Origin: a bacterium
Lineage (GTDB): Bacteria; Electryoneota; RPQS01
DNA: 64,000 nt
Assembly (NCBI GenBank): GCA_016703065.1
Contig: JADJCU010000003.1
Span: forward strand, 457,045 to 521,044
Direction of reading: 5' to 3'
Each line of letters starts with the position of its first letter. The stretch's first letter is position 1. This document shows, in pieces, positions 48,706-58,737 of the stretch. A program made the position numbers and the translations under genes. The notes below the pieces were generated by a model that did not search any database, was not told the DNA's origin, and saw only the letters and a program-made list of their open reading frames with translations.

Positions 48706-50985
48706 ATGACACCTGAAGAACTTAAGAAAGTGCTGACTGCATTCGCTGATTCACCCGCAGACGTTGACCTTGACAAAGGTCAGCTATTGGTTAAGATTAG
48801 GGATGACATTCTTGTTGCCTCAGTCAGGATTCAGGAAGGTGAAGTTCACATTGTCGAGAATGGTATCGAATACAAAGCCCACGAGTGGGTTGTACAACGA
48901 TTGGCGCGCCTTTCTTCGCTAGCAGACAGAATAATCGCTTATGTTCAGCCTGAAAGTTGCTTCATTGAACCGTCAGGAAGCCTTTTAGATCAATTGGAAT
49001 TTGTCCCAGACGAATCCGAACGTTCTTTGCCGAATGTTTCATCAGAAGTACTCTCGTTGCTTGAGCGCCATCCAGCATTTACGACTAGCATTCTATATCT
49101 AACCTCTGACGCCGGTGAAGGCAAGACAACCGTAATTAATCATTTAGCTAGAATACAAGCTGAAAGATATAAGAAGAAAGAGACGAAGTGGCTGCTGATC
49201 CCGGTCTCGCTCGGCGGTCGTCCATTCCTGCGTTTAGATGATGTTGTAGTCGGAACTCTTACAAATCGATATCGTTTTCCCTTCCTATATTACGATGCAT
49301 TTCTTGAATTAACTCGCATGGGTGTAATCGTTCCAGCACTGGATGGATTCGAGGAAATGTTCATAGAAAACGCAGCAGGGGACGCGATTTCTTCCTTGGG
49401 CATGCTATTGTCCGAATTAGACGGGCAAGGCAGTCTACTAGTTGCCGCGAGGAAAGCCTACTTCGAATATCGCCGACTTCAAACACAAACAAAGCTCTTT
49501 GATGCCCTGCGAAACACTTCAGTCTCTTTTGCGCGCATTTCAATTGACCGTTGGGATCAAAGCCATTTCGCCAAATACTGTAGCATGAGGGGCATCGAGA
49601 ACGGCAATGCACTACATGACGAATTGTCGCGTTTGCTTGGAAGCCCAACACACCCAGCGCTTACGCGCGCCGTTTTTGTAAGAAAACTTGTTGACCTCAT
49701 CGAAGGGTGTGACCCTCAAATTGCCCTATTTGGCCATCTGCGAACCGACAGTCGACATTACGTAACAAGCCTAGTTGATTCAATTCTGCACAGAGAAGCC
49801 AGTGAAAAGTGGATCGATAAGAGTGGTGAAGTCGCAAAACCACTGATCAGTATCCTACAACATCGGCGTCTCCTCGCGGACCTTGCAACTGAAATGTTAA
49901 ATGTAAAGTCAGAGCAAGTACCCGGTGAACTTCTAGATGTCGTTGCACAATTATTCTGCGAATCGCAAAAGCTAGAGGCATCCATCGCAAGGCAGGTAGT
50001 TGACCGCTTCAAACAGCATGCATTGATCGTGGAGGCAACTGGCACAAACGGACGGTTTTCATTCGACCACGCAGAATTCTATTTCTATTTCATCGGAGAA
50101 GCTGTTGGTCGCGCGCTTTGTGAAGACAATATTTCTGATGTTCGGTACATTGCTCGTCAGACCATACTCCCTCCGCTGAGCATTGAACGTGCAGTTGAAA
50201 TGGTTCACGAACGATCAGGTGACTCTAAACTTGCGTCACTTAAGTCAATCGACATGCTGGTAGATGCAGCTGAAGGCGAAGGTGCACTTTCGTACTCACG
50301 CGAAAATTGTGGTGCTCTAATCATTGCTCTACTTGACGAATGCAACAATGAGAAGCGTATTGAGATTAAAGGAATAACGTTCGCTTCAGACGCACTGCTT
50401 GGGAAGTGCCTTACAAATACATCATTTGTCAATTGCTACTTTCGTCGTTCAAGCCTATCGCAAACAACATTTCGAAATGTTGCATTTGATCATTGTGCCA
50501 TCGAATGTTTGGAATTGTCGCAAGACACAGTTGTTGACCACTGCACGATGCATGATGTCAATTGCTCTTCAGTTGTCCGACCGGATGGAGAAGGGGAACT
50601 TTTCAATCCACCCTCGGTGGCAAACGCGCTTCAATCATCTGGATTTATTGTCACATTTGATGGCCACCCTGCCGATAAAGTCGTAGAGACAAGCATCCAT
50701 GACACACGTATTCAATCGACTGAGAAGCTACTCCGTGCATTCATGCGGACCACGGTTGTGTCCGAGTCAGTTTTAAGGCAGAAATTCGGCAACAAATCTA
50801 CCGCATTCTCTGATGGAGTCTTGAGTGAATTAATGGGTGCCGGGATCGTCATTGAAGAGCACAGTCGGGGAGGAAAACGACAGGGCCACTATCGTCTGGT
50901 GTCGCGATTTCAAGACGTGTGGCAAGGGTTTCAACAATGCGGCGGTTCATTCGAACGGTTCATCACGCTAATGAAATCCCATTAA
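48706..50985 (+). CDS. NACHT-like STAND P-loop NTPase with a pentapeptide-repeat-like C-terminal region
   Basis: 759 aa. Walker A LTSDAGEGKTTV, Walker B VIVPALDGFEEM (NACHT-type hhhhDGhDE), and LLVAARKAYF. C-terminal FVNCYFRRSSLSQTTFRNVAFDHCAIECLELSQDTVVDHCTMHDVNC. The N-terminal ~120 aa are unassigned. Confidence 0.6.
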   Translation: MTPEELKKVLTAFADSPADVDLDKGQLLVKIRDDILVASVRIQEGEVHIVENGIEYKAHEWVVQRLARLSSLADRIIAYVQPESCFIEPSGSLLDQLEFVPDESERSLPNVSSEVLSLLERHPAFTTSILYLTSDAGEGKTTVINHLARIQAERYKKKETKWLLIPVSLGGRPFLRLDDVVVGTLTNRYRFPFLYYDAFLELTRMGVIVPALDGFEEMFIENAAGDAISSLGMLLSELDGQGSLLVAARKAYFEYRRLQTQTKLFDALRNTSVSFARISIDRWDQSHFAKYCSMRGIENGNALHDELSRLLGSPTHPALTRAVFVRKLVDLIEGCDPQIALFGHLRTDSRHYVTSLVDSILHREASEKWIDKSGEVAKPLISILQHRRLLADLATEMLNVKSEQVPGELLDVVAQLFCESQKLEASIARQVVDRFKQHALIVEATGTNGRFSFDHAEFYFYFIGEAVGRALCEDNISDVRYIARQTILPPLSIERAVEMVHERSGDSKLASLKSIDMLVDAAEGEGALSYSRENCGALIIALLDECNNEKRIEIKGITFASDALLGKCLTNTSFVNCYFRRSSLSQTTFRNVAFDHCAIECLELSQDTVVDHCTMHDVNCSSVVRPDGEGELFNPPSVANALQSSGFIVTFDGHPADKVVETSIHDTRIQSTEKLLRAFMRTTVVSESVLRQKFGNKSTAFSDGVLSELMGAGIVIEEHSRGGKRQGHYRLVSRFQDVWQGFQQCGGSFERFITLMKSH

Positions 50986-51141
50986 CAAGAAACGGCGATA
51001 GCCACCTTCTTGCGCGGGCCAACCCACCACCCTGTTTCCTTTGTCGTCTAGATGCCTTTGGGCGTAGAGTTCTTATCGTCGAGCCTCGCCAAAGTTCGAC
51101 AAGTATGCAAAGAAAACGTTAGGAAAATCAAAACGCAACAC

Positions 51142-53658
51142 ATGGCAGAAAAAGAAGCTACAGCCCGAATCAAGATTAACAGGCTACTCGAAGAATCGGG
51201 TTGGCGTTTTTTTGCTGATGATAACGGACCGGCCAATGTTCAACTTGAACCAGCCGTAAAGCTGAAGTCACATGACTTGGATGCCCTTGGCGAAGATTTT
51301 GATAAGGTCGAAAGGGGTTTCGTTGACTTCCTACTTTTGAATGACCGTGGCTTTCCTTTCATCGTGCTCGAAGCGAAGTCCGAAAGTAAGGACCCGTTAG
51401 ATGGCAAGGAGCAAGCACGAAAATACGCGAAGTCGCTAAACTGCCGATTCGTTATCCTTTCTAACGGCAACTTACATTACCTGTGGGACTTGGAACGGGG
51501 TAACCCAAGCACAGTAACAGCGTTTCCGCGACCAGAATCTGCACAGGGTTATCAGAGAACGGTTCCAGATCCTAATAAACTCGTTAACGAGCTTGTTACC
51601 ACTGACTACATCGCAGTATCCCAGCGGCCCAACTATGCAAACGAAGTTGGGTGGAAGAATGAATCAGAACGCAATCGCTTCATAGAATCCAACAAGCTTC
51701 GATTCTTGCGCGAATATCAACTAAAAGCAATCCGAGAATTGCAGGATAACGTTGGGGAAGGCAAGGACAGATTCCTATTTGAAATGGCAACCGGTACGGG
51801 AAAAACTTTGACTGCTGCGGCAGTTATCAAGTTGTTCTTGCGAACGGGTAACGCACAACGTGTATTGTTCTTAGTGGACCGTCTTGAACTGGAGGACCAG
51901 GCATGGAAGAACTTCGTTGCTTACCTGTCTAATGACTACAAATCTGTTATCTACAAAGAGAATCGTGACGACTGGCGTCGCGCTGAAATTGTAGTTACAA
52001 CTGTTCAGTCGCTACTGTTCAACAACAAGTACCAGCGGTTGTTCTCACCAACTGATTTTGATTTGGTTATCTCGGACGAAGCACATCGATCCATCGGTGG
52101 GAACGCCAGGGCAGTATTTGATTATTTCATTGGCTATAAGCTTGGTCTTACAGCAACGCCCAGAGACTACTTAAGGAACTTCGACAACGCCGATCCAAAT
52201 GTACGCGATCCACGCGAATATGAACGGCGCGTTCTGCTCGACACTTATCGCACGTTTGGGTGTGAGGACCAGCTACCTACATTCCGGTACTCCTTACTTG
52301 ACGGTGTAAGAGACGGATTCTTGATCAATCCAACTGTTGTGGATGCAACGACTGGTGTTACAACCCAGTTACTAGCCGATCAAGGATTCGTTGTCACTTT
52401 CAAGGATGATGAAGGAGCAGACCAAGAAGAATCATTTGAGCATCGCGACTACGAAAAGAAGTTCTTTGCACCAGGAACAAATGAACTATTCTGCAAGACG
52501 TACCTTGAAAAAGCTCTACGCGACCCGATCAGCAATGAAATAGGGAAGTCAGTTATTTTTGCTGTCAGCCAGAATCACGCATCCAAACTGACGCAGATTC
52601 TGAATGTCATGGCTGACAAAATGTATCCGGGGAAGTATCAATCCAATTTTGCTGTTCAAGTTACATCAAGGATAACTGATGCCCAGCAGTTTACGATTAA
52701 CTTCACTAACAACAAACTTCTTGGCTCGGCGAACTTCATGGAAAGCTATCGCACGAGCAAGGCACGAGTTTGTGTGACTGTTGGTATGATGACAACGGGG
52801 TATGACTGTCCTGATATTCTCAACCTCGGTTTGTTCAGACCTATCTTCTCCCCGACCGATTTCATTCAGATCAAAGGACGAGGAACCCGTAAGCACGAAT
52901 TCACGGTTGACCTGTTGGATAACAATCTGAAAGCGACCATTGGGGAACAACCAAAATCAGCTTACAAACTGTTCGACTTCTTCCGTAATTGCAAATACTT
53001 TGAAGAAGATTTCAACTATGATGAAGTAATTGCGTTACCTGTGCCCTCGCCAAGTCCAAGAGGTGAAGATGTCGGACCGGTGGTGCATCTTGATGGTTAC
53101 GAACACGCTGGAGAAGACATCATTGCTTCAATCACCGAGCAGACTATTGGTCTTGAAGGAATGAAGATTGATTGGATGTTCTTCGAGAAGTTCGAAGACA
53201 AGGTTCGCGAGCATCGCGAGATTGCCAAGGCGGTTGAAGCTGGGCAATGGGATAGAGTAGTTGATATCGTGAATAAGGAAGTCTTGAATCAACCGGCAGA
53301 ATTTTACACGCTTGATAAACTGCGCCGAGCAGCAGCAGTAGACCGCCGCATTACGCTGCGAGAGATACTTGAAAAAGTGTTTGGCCTAATTCCAAAATTC
53401 AAGTCTAAAGATGAACTACTTGAAGAAGAGTTCGCGAAGTTTGTTGCCGACTACAAACCTGAAGAACCCACATCAATTCCTGCGATCAAGAATTACTTCA
53501 AAGCCTATGCTACGAGCAATCAGATCAGACATATTATCGACACGAAGCAACTGACTGACCTTGCAACAAATCCAACTTTTACAACCCGCGACTTCCGTGC
53601 GGTTCCTGATCGATATCGAATATTAGTCCGAGTTACATCAAGGACTATGTTTCCTTGA
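51142..53658 (+). CDS. hsdR: Type I restriction enzyme R subunit (HSDR_N plus SF2 DEAH helicase)
   Basis: Start ATG 51142 after AGGAAAA. EATARIKINRLLEESGWRF N-domain. MATGTGKT (motif I), VISDEAHRS (DEAH) and LGLTATP (III). The last ~10 codons are probably frame-shifted (an alternative frame reads ...LVPSYIKDYVSLNQFAS*). Confidence 0.85.
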   Translation: MAEKEATARIKINRLLEESGWRFFADDNGPANVQLEPAVKLKSHDLDALGEDFDKVERGFVDFLLLNDRGFPFIVLEAKSESKDPLDGKEQARKYAKSLNCRFVILSNGNLHYLWDLERGNPSTVTAFPRPESAQGYQRTVPDPNKLVNELVTTDYIAVSQRPNYANEVGWKNESERNRFIESNKLRFLREYQLKAIRELQDNVGEGKDRFLFEMATGTGKTLTAAAVIKLFLRTGNAQRVLFLVDRLELEDQAWKNFVAYLSNDYKSVIYKENRDDWRRAEIVVTTVQSLLFNNKYQRLFSPTDFDLVISDEAHRSIGGNARAVFDYFIGYKLGLTATPRDYLRNFDNADPNVRDPREYERRVLLDTYRTFGCEDQLPTFRYSLLDGVRDGFLINPTVVDATTGVTTQLLADQGFVVTFKDDEGADQEESFEHRDYEKKFFAPGTNELFCKTYLEKALRDPISNEIGKSVIFAVSQNHASKLTQILNVMADKMYPGKYQSNFAVQVTSRITDAQQFTINFTNNKLLGSANFMESYRTSKARVCVTVGMMTTGYDCPDILNLGLFRPIFSPTDFIQIKGRGTRKHEFTVDLLDNNLKATIGEQPKSAYKLFDFFRNCKYFEEDFNYDEVIALPVPSPSPRGEDVGPVVHLDGYEHAGEDIIASITEQTIGLEGMKIDWMFFEKFEDKVREHREIAKAVEAGQWDRVVDIVNKEVLNQPAEFYTLDKLRRAAAVDRRITLREILEKVFGLIPKFKSKDELLEEEFAKFVADYKPEEPTSIPAIKNYFKAYATSNQIRHIIDTKQLTDLATNPTFTTRDFRAVPDRYRILVRVTSRTMFP

Positions 53659-53684
53659 ACCAGTTCGCCTCCTAAAGGAATTGA

Positions 53685-55030
53685 ATGCTTGACACTGATA
53701 CAAAGCGTCGAATAGACTCGGCCCGAGATATTTTGGTAGGGAAGGTGCCCGACCCGAAGTCGCAGGTTGAACAGATTACTATTGCGCTGATCTACAAATT
53801 CATGGATGACATGGACGCCGAAGCCGAAGAGCTTGGTGGCAAGCGAAAGTTCTTCGAAGGCGAATATGCCCGATATGGCTGGGCGAAGTTGATGCGTTCA
53901 GGTTTGGGGGATTTGAAACGCTGAACCTGTATGCCGAAGCAATTGCAAAGATGCCCGAGAATCCAGGCATACCACCGCTTTTTCGTGACATCTTCAAGAA
54001 TGCATATCTGCCGTATCGCGATCCCGAAACACTAAAGAGCTTTCTGAAGATTATTGATGAATTCACGTATGACCATTCGGAGAAGCTGGGTGATGCCTTT
54101 GAATACTTGCTTTCGGTACTTGGGTCGCAAGGTGAGGCTGGGCAGTTTCGTACGCCGCGACATATTATTGATTTCATCGTCAGCATCGTTGACCCAAAGA
54201 AGAATGAAACCATTCTGGATCCTGCATGTGGAACCGCAGGTTTCTTAATTTCAGCTTACAAGCATATTGTTAGGAGCAACACAGATGCAAAGGGCAATGT
54301 GACCCTGACACCTGACGAGAAGGGCCGCATAGCCCAAAACTTAAAGGGTTATGACATCTCGCCGGACATGGTAAGGCTATCGCTTGTCAATCTTTACTTG
54401 CACGGTTTCACCGATCCACACATCGTTGAATATGACACGCTAACGTCCGAAGAAAAGTGGAACGAACTTGCTGATGTGATTCTCGCCAATCCACCCTTCA
54501 TGTCACCGAAGGGGGGCATCAAACCGCATAAGCGTTTTTCTGTGCAATCAAAGCGCAGTGAAGTTCTGTTCGTAGACTACATGGCTGAGCATCTTACTCC
54601 TACTGGTCGTGCCGGCATTATTGTGCCTGAAGGCGTAATTTTTCAAAGTGGTGGCGCCTACAAAGAACTTCGCAAAATGCTCGTCGAAAACAGTCTGGTC
54701 GCAGTCATCTCACTACCGGCGGGAGTGTTCAACCCATACTCCGGTGTCAAGACCTCGATTCTGATTCTTGACAAGTCACTTGCAAAACAAAGTGATAGCA
54801 TAGGCTTTTTCAAAATTGAAAATGATGGCTTTGGGCTTGGTGCCCAGCGACGTGCGCTCGACACATCCGACCTACACCCGTGCAAAAAAGAAATTTCAAA
54901 ATTCTTGCATAGTCTTCGGAACCGCGAAGACGATGGCACCATGTCATTTGACCACGGCGTCGTTATACTGAAGTCAAGAATTGCAGAGGATGCTGACTGC
55001 AATCTAAACAGCGAACGTTTCCGAACAAGT
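53685..55030 (+). pseudogene. hsdM: Type I R-M N6-adenine DNA methyltransferase (M subunit), one frameshift; reads through into the S subunit
   Basis: Pieces 53685-53924 and 53951 onward (G-run break near 53915). DPACGTAGFL (motif I) and LANPPFM (NPPF, motif IV). C-terminal ...DCNLNSERF. There is no stop before the S-type TRD. Confidence 0.85.
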
Positions 55031-56205
55031 GTTTCCGTTTCGTCTTCTTACCCACTTGTCCCCTTGTCCAGCGTTGCGCAAATAAGAAATGGTTTCGCCT
55101 TCAAAAGTGAGGAATACGTAGCACATGGCCTGCGTGTGATCCGAATAAAAAATGTGCAGAGAGGCGAGGTAATAGACGACGACCCAAAGTTCATTTCATC
55201 CGACCGAGCTTTAGAGTTTGCAGATTTTCAATTGAGGTCAGGGACATATTGATGTCGCTAACGGGGAACGTAGGTAGAGTAGGCAGGTTGAAACGAGAAC
55301 ATGAACCGGCAGTGTTGAATCAAAGAGTCGCACAAGTTCAGCTGATTGATCCGTTACTTTGCATGCCAGAATACACTTTTGCGGTATTGAATACCGACAA
55401 GTTTATCCATAATGCGGCGGCGGCGTCAAGCGGTGTTGCGCAAGCAAACTTAAGTTCCAATTGGGTGAGTTCCTACCAAATCCCCCTCCCCCCGCTTGAA
55501 GTCCAGAAGGAAATCGTAGCAGAGATTGAAGGCTATCAGAAAGTCATTGATGGGGCTCGTGCGATTGTAGAGAATTATCGGCCACGGATTGTGATTGATC
55601 CGGAGTGGCCGCTGGCACCGATTGGCGAAATCAGTACAAGAATTCAATACGGATTGTCGAATCCTCTAAACACTGAAAATGTGGGCTATAAGACTTTCCG
55701 AATGAACGAACTTGTAAATGGCCTGTGCGTTGACCGGGGCGATATGAAATGCTCCGATATTGGTGAAACAGAGTTTGAAAAGTATCAACTATTATCGGGA
55801 GACATTCTTTTCAATAGAACGAATAGTATTGAACACGTTGGGCGGACTGGCATTTTTAATCTCAGTGGAGATTATTGTTTCGCTTCCTATTTGATACGAC
55901 TTTCGGTTAACCACGCGAAGTCGAATCCGTTCTATGTAAATGCTTTCATGAATACCGAAGGTTTTCAGAAAGGTATCAAGCAGTATGCGAGCAGAGCAAT
56001 TGGCCAAGCCAATATAAACGCAAAGTCGCTCGCTGCTTATTCAATACCTCTACCTCCACTTGGACTCCAGGACGCAATCGTAGAAGAGATCGAAGCCGAG
56101 CAATCACTTGTAGCTGCGAATAAAGAATTGATCGAGCGCTTCGAGAAGAAGATTCAGGCAGCCATTGCACGTGTTTGGGGTGAAGATACGGCAAATACAA
56201 AGTAA
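55031..56205 (+). pseudogene. hsdS: Type I R-M specificity (S) subunit, fused in frame to hsdM and carrying one frameshift
   Basis: YPLVPLSSVAQIRNGF (TRD1 start). G-run break at about 55245 (SGDILMSLTGNVG). Conserved spacers LPPLEVQKEIVAEIEGYQKVID and LPPLGLQDAIVEEIEAEQSLV. Confidence 0.8.
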
Positions 56206-56221
56206 CGGGATATAAGAATCA

Positions 56222-56848
56222 ATGCGCAAATATGTAACCGATACTGAGTGGGCGACAAGACAGTTGATCGCACTTGTATACGATGAGAAGAAACGTTTAT
56301 CGCTTTTTCAGACACAGCTCGACCATATCAAAAAGACCCGAGACTTCCTTTACTGGGACTTTAGTAGTTCTGATCTGCAAGAGGATTTTATTGACTCGCA
56401 GGTGCAGTTCAAATATGTAAAGCTAGCAGAATACGTCAAGAATACACAGCCTTTGTACGAGGAAACGAAAGAGCAGGTAACCGAAATTGAAGAGCATATC
56501 GCGAACCTAGACCAATCTTATAGAGTTATTTGCGGCGCTATTCTTCAAATTGCGAAGCAAGGAATTTCCACGGTTCACGGACGACTTCACAAATGCCCTA
56601 CTGGACGGCCTATTGGGTCAACGGCTCTTAGCGTGGTTATTTGGCAGGCACGAAATCAGACGATGCACTACGAGATGAACAAATATGACCCACCAGTTTG
56701 TGACTGCTTCGCGATTCTGGAAAGAGAATGTGGCCCGCAATTCTCGCTCGCTTCCCACGGCGAGGAGAATCTGGCACATCACGTTATTGAGCTGCTTGGA
56801 TGGACCGATTACTCAGCCTTTGAAACAGACATGTTCTCTTTGGCATAA
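56222..56848 (+). CDS. Hypothetical protein, fourth gene of the R-M transcription unit
   Basis: 208-aa ORF beginning 16 nt after hsdS, with no terminator in between. No motif recognised. Confidence 0.5.
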   Translation: MRKYVTDTEWATRQLIALVYDEKKRLSLFQTQLDHIKKTRDFLYWDFSSSDLQEDFIDSQVQFKYVKLAEYVKNTQPLYEETKEQVTEIEEHIANLDQSYRVICGAILQIAKQGISTVHGRLHKCPTGRPIGSTALSVVIWQARNQTMHYEMNKYDPPVCDCFAILERECGPQFSLASHGEENLAHHVIELLGWTDYSAFETDMFSLA

Positions 56849-56874
56849 CAGAAGACTTTACAGTCTTCTGTTTC
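56848..56874 (+). terminator. Terminator after the hsdR-M-S-orf208 unit
   Basis: 10-bp stem ACAGAAGACT/AGTCTTCTGT with loop TTAC, followed by TTCG. Confidence 0.6.
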
Positions 56875-57284
56875 GTGCCAACCATTCCATAGGGGATTAA
56901 TCACGTCGTGAGCCCCCAAATCTGTCACAGGATTATGATGATAGGATCACAACAGGACTTATTGAAGCGTTGCTCGATGCGCTTACTCTGGAATGGTCTG
57001 ACAGAGGAGATATTACCGCCGATTCAGTGCGGGAGTCGTGTGTTGCAGAAGTCGCACAGGCATTGAACTGGAGTGTGGAGAAAACGAAAGCGTGCATCGA
57101 AGAGAGGATACGAGCAGAGTGAGAAACTCCCGCTGTGTTAACGCCGTGCATGCGGTGAATCAATTAAACGAAGGTGGGCAATACTTACAAATCATGCGAA
57201 AAGTCAACTGTGCTATCATGCTACTAATCGTTTAACTCATGGTGCAAATGAGTGAAATATTCAGCAAATTAGGCTGACCAACTG

Positions 57285-58712
57285 ATGGAAGATGTCATAT
57301 TCTTTCTTCTGCCAGACGTACCACTATTGGCGGCGTTTGCATTGCTCATGTGGATTGTGGATTGGTCGTTAAGAAGACAGCACAAACAAGCTATTATTGA
57401 GTGGATGCATAACGAAGAGCTTAGGCTAAAAAGCCTTCCCGTCAAGCACTGGCAAATAGGCTTAGCCACCGTCCTAGTCAATAACTGGGATAAGCTGATG
57501 AGTGCTGTGCCTACATTGGACACAGCAAAAGAAAGAAAGGGATCCCTTCATAAGAAAGGGGCATTGAGCAAGGCGGTTTTCATATTCAATTGCACATTTG
57601 CTATCGTTGTGCTTATGCCGTTCGTACCAGTTTTCTGGTTTGTGATGATTCTTATCAAGAACTGGGCTGCGCGCAACTCTGCGGATGAAAAACATAAACC
57701 AATTCCAGCGAAATCAATTCCTATTCGAACACTCGTTGCTACATTGAGAACACCGGCAATACTTCTAAAGGCAATGAAACAGCAAGTACAAGAGCAAACG
57801 GACGATAAGCCTGGTTGTGCATACTATATCGTCGGTCTTGTTCGCGTTGCGATGATTATCGGGTTCTACTTTCTTTTTGTTCCGTTACTAATTATCTATG
57901 TCTTTGAAGTGAAAGCAATTGCTGGGTGGTTCGGCAAAGTGGTTGCGGTAATACCAGTTGTGATGCTCGGAAGCCTCGGTTTGTTGTTAACCACTTTTGC
58001 TGTGTCTTTCGTCATTTGGTTACCCATGGTCTTCGTCAACAAACTCCGTAAACTGTCCGTGGTGCCTAGATTTCTTCTAATAGAGCTGAGCAAGAGAGCA
58101 GCACTAGTCTACAAGTTCGCGGTGGTCGCATGCCTTGTAAGCGTAGCACTTACCGCTCTCGGATTGATGATCGGCACAATCTTCTTCGAAAACTTTGGAC
58201 AAACGGGTTGGATGGTCAAGGACGGCCCAACCGCTTCGCCCGCTTATCCACTTTGGCTAACGACGATTAATTTCTTCTTTGACTATCTCGCTTGCGTGAT
58301 AACAATTGGGGCGGCACGAAAAGCAATTTCATGGAACGGCTATCTAGGATCGACAGGCGTAATCGTCGTCATTGTTTGTAGTTTAATTGCACTAGCGCAG
58401 GCCGCATTTCTTGCGGCAGTCGACATATACTTTTTGCTGCCCAAACACGCTGCTGCAAAATTCGACCTTGCTCACTGGCTAACGAACAACCAAACATTAC
58501 TGCCACTAATTTGTACAGCATTGGTTCCAATAACGCTTTACATGATGTCATGGATGTTTGTGGCTTGGGTTGCGAAGCCGCTAATCAGAGTTGCCGGTTA
58601 TACTGTTGGCCTTCTAAGCGAGAAAGAGAAAAGCCCGTTCCTTGAGCTTGGACTCGCGTTTTGTATGCTTTACCTGCTCGTAAAATGCGTCAATAGGATT
58701 CTCGTTAGCTGA
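57285..58712 (+). CDS. Polytopic membrane protein of unknown function
   Basis: 475-aa ORF with about ten long hydrophobic segments. No recognisable catalytic motif. Confidence 0.55.
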   Translation: MEDVIFFLLPDVPLLAAFALLMWIVDWSLRRQHKQAIIEWMHNEELRLKSLPVKHWQIGLATVLVNNWDKLMSAVPTLDTAKERKGSLHKKGALSKAVFIFNCTFAIVVLMPFVPVFWFVMILIKNWAARNSADEKHKPIPAKSIPIRTLVATLRTPAILLKAMKQQVQEQTDDKPGCAYYIVGLVRVAMIIGFYFLFVPLLIIYVFEVKAIAGWFGKVVAVIPVVMLGSLGLLLTTFAVSFVIWLPMVFVNKLRKLSVVPRFLLIELSKRAALVYKFAVVACLVSVALTALGLMIGTIFFENFGQTGWMVKDGPTASPAYPLWLTTINFFFDYLACVITIGAARKAISWNGYLGSTGVIVVIVCSLIALAQAAFLAAVDIYFLLPKHAAAKFDLAHWLTNNQTLLPLICTALVPITLYMMSWMFVAWVAKPLIRVAGYTVGLLSEKEKSPFLELGLAFCMLYLLVKCVNRILVS

Positions 58713-58737
58713 CTGCAAAATCTATCAATTTTACCAT

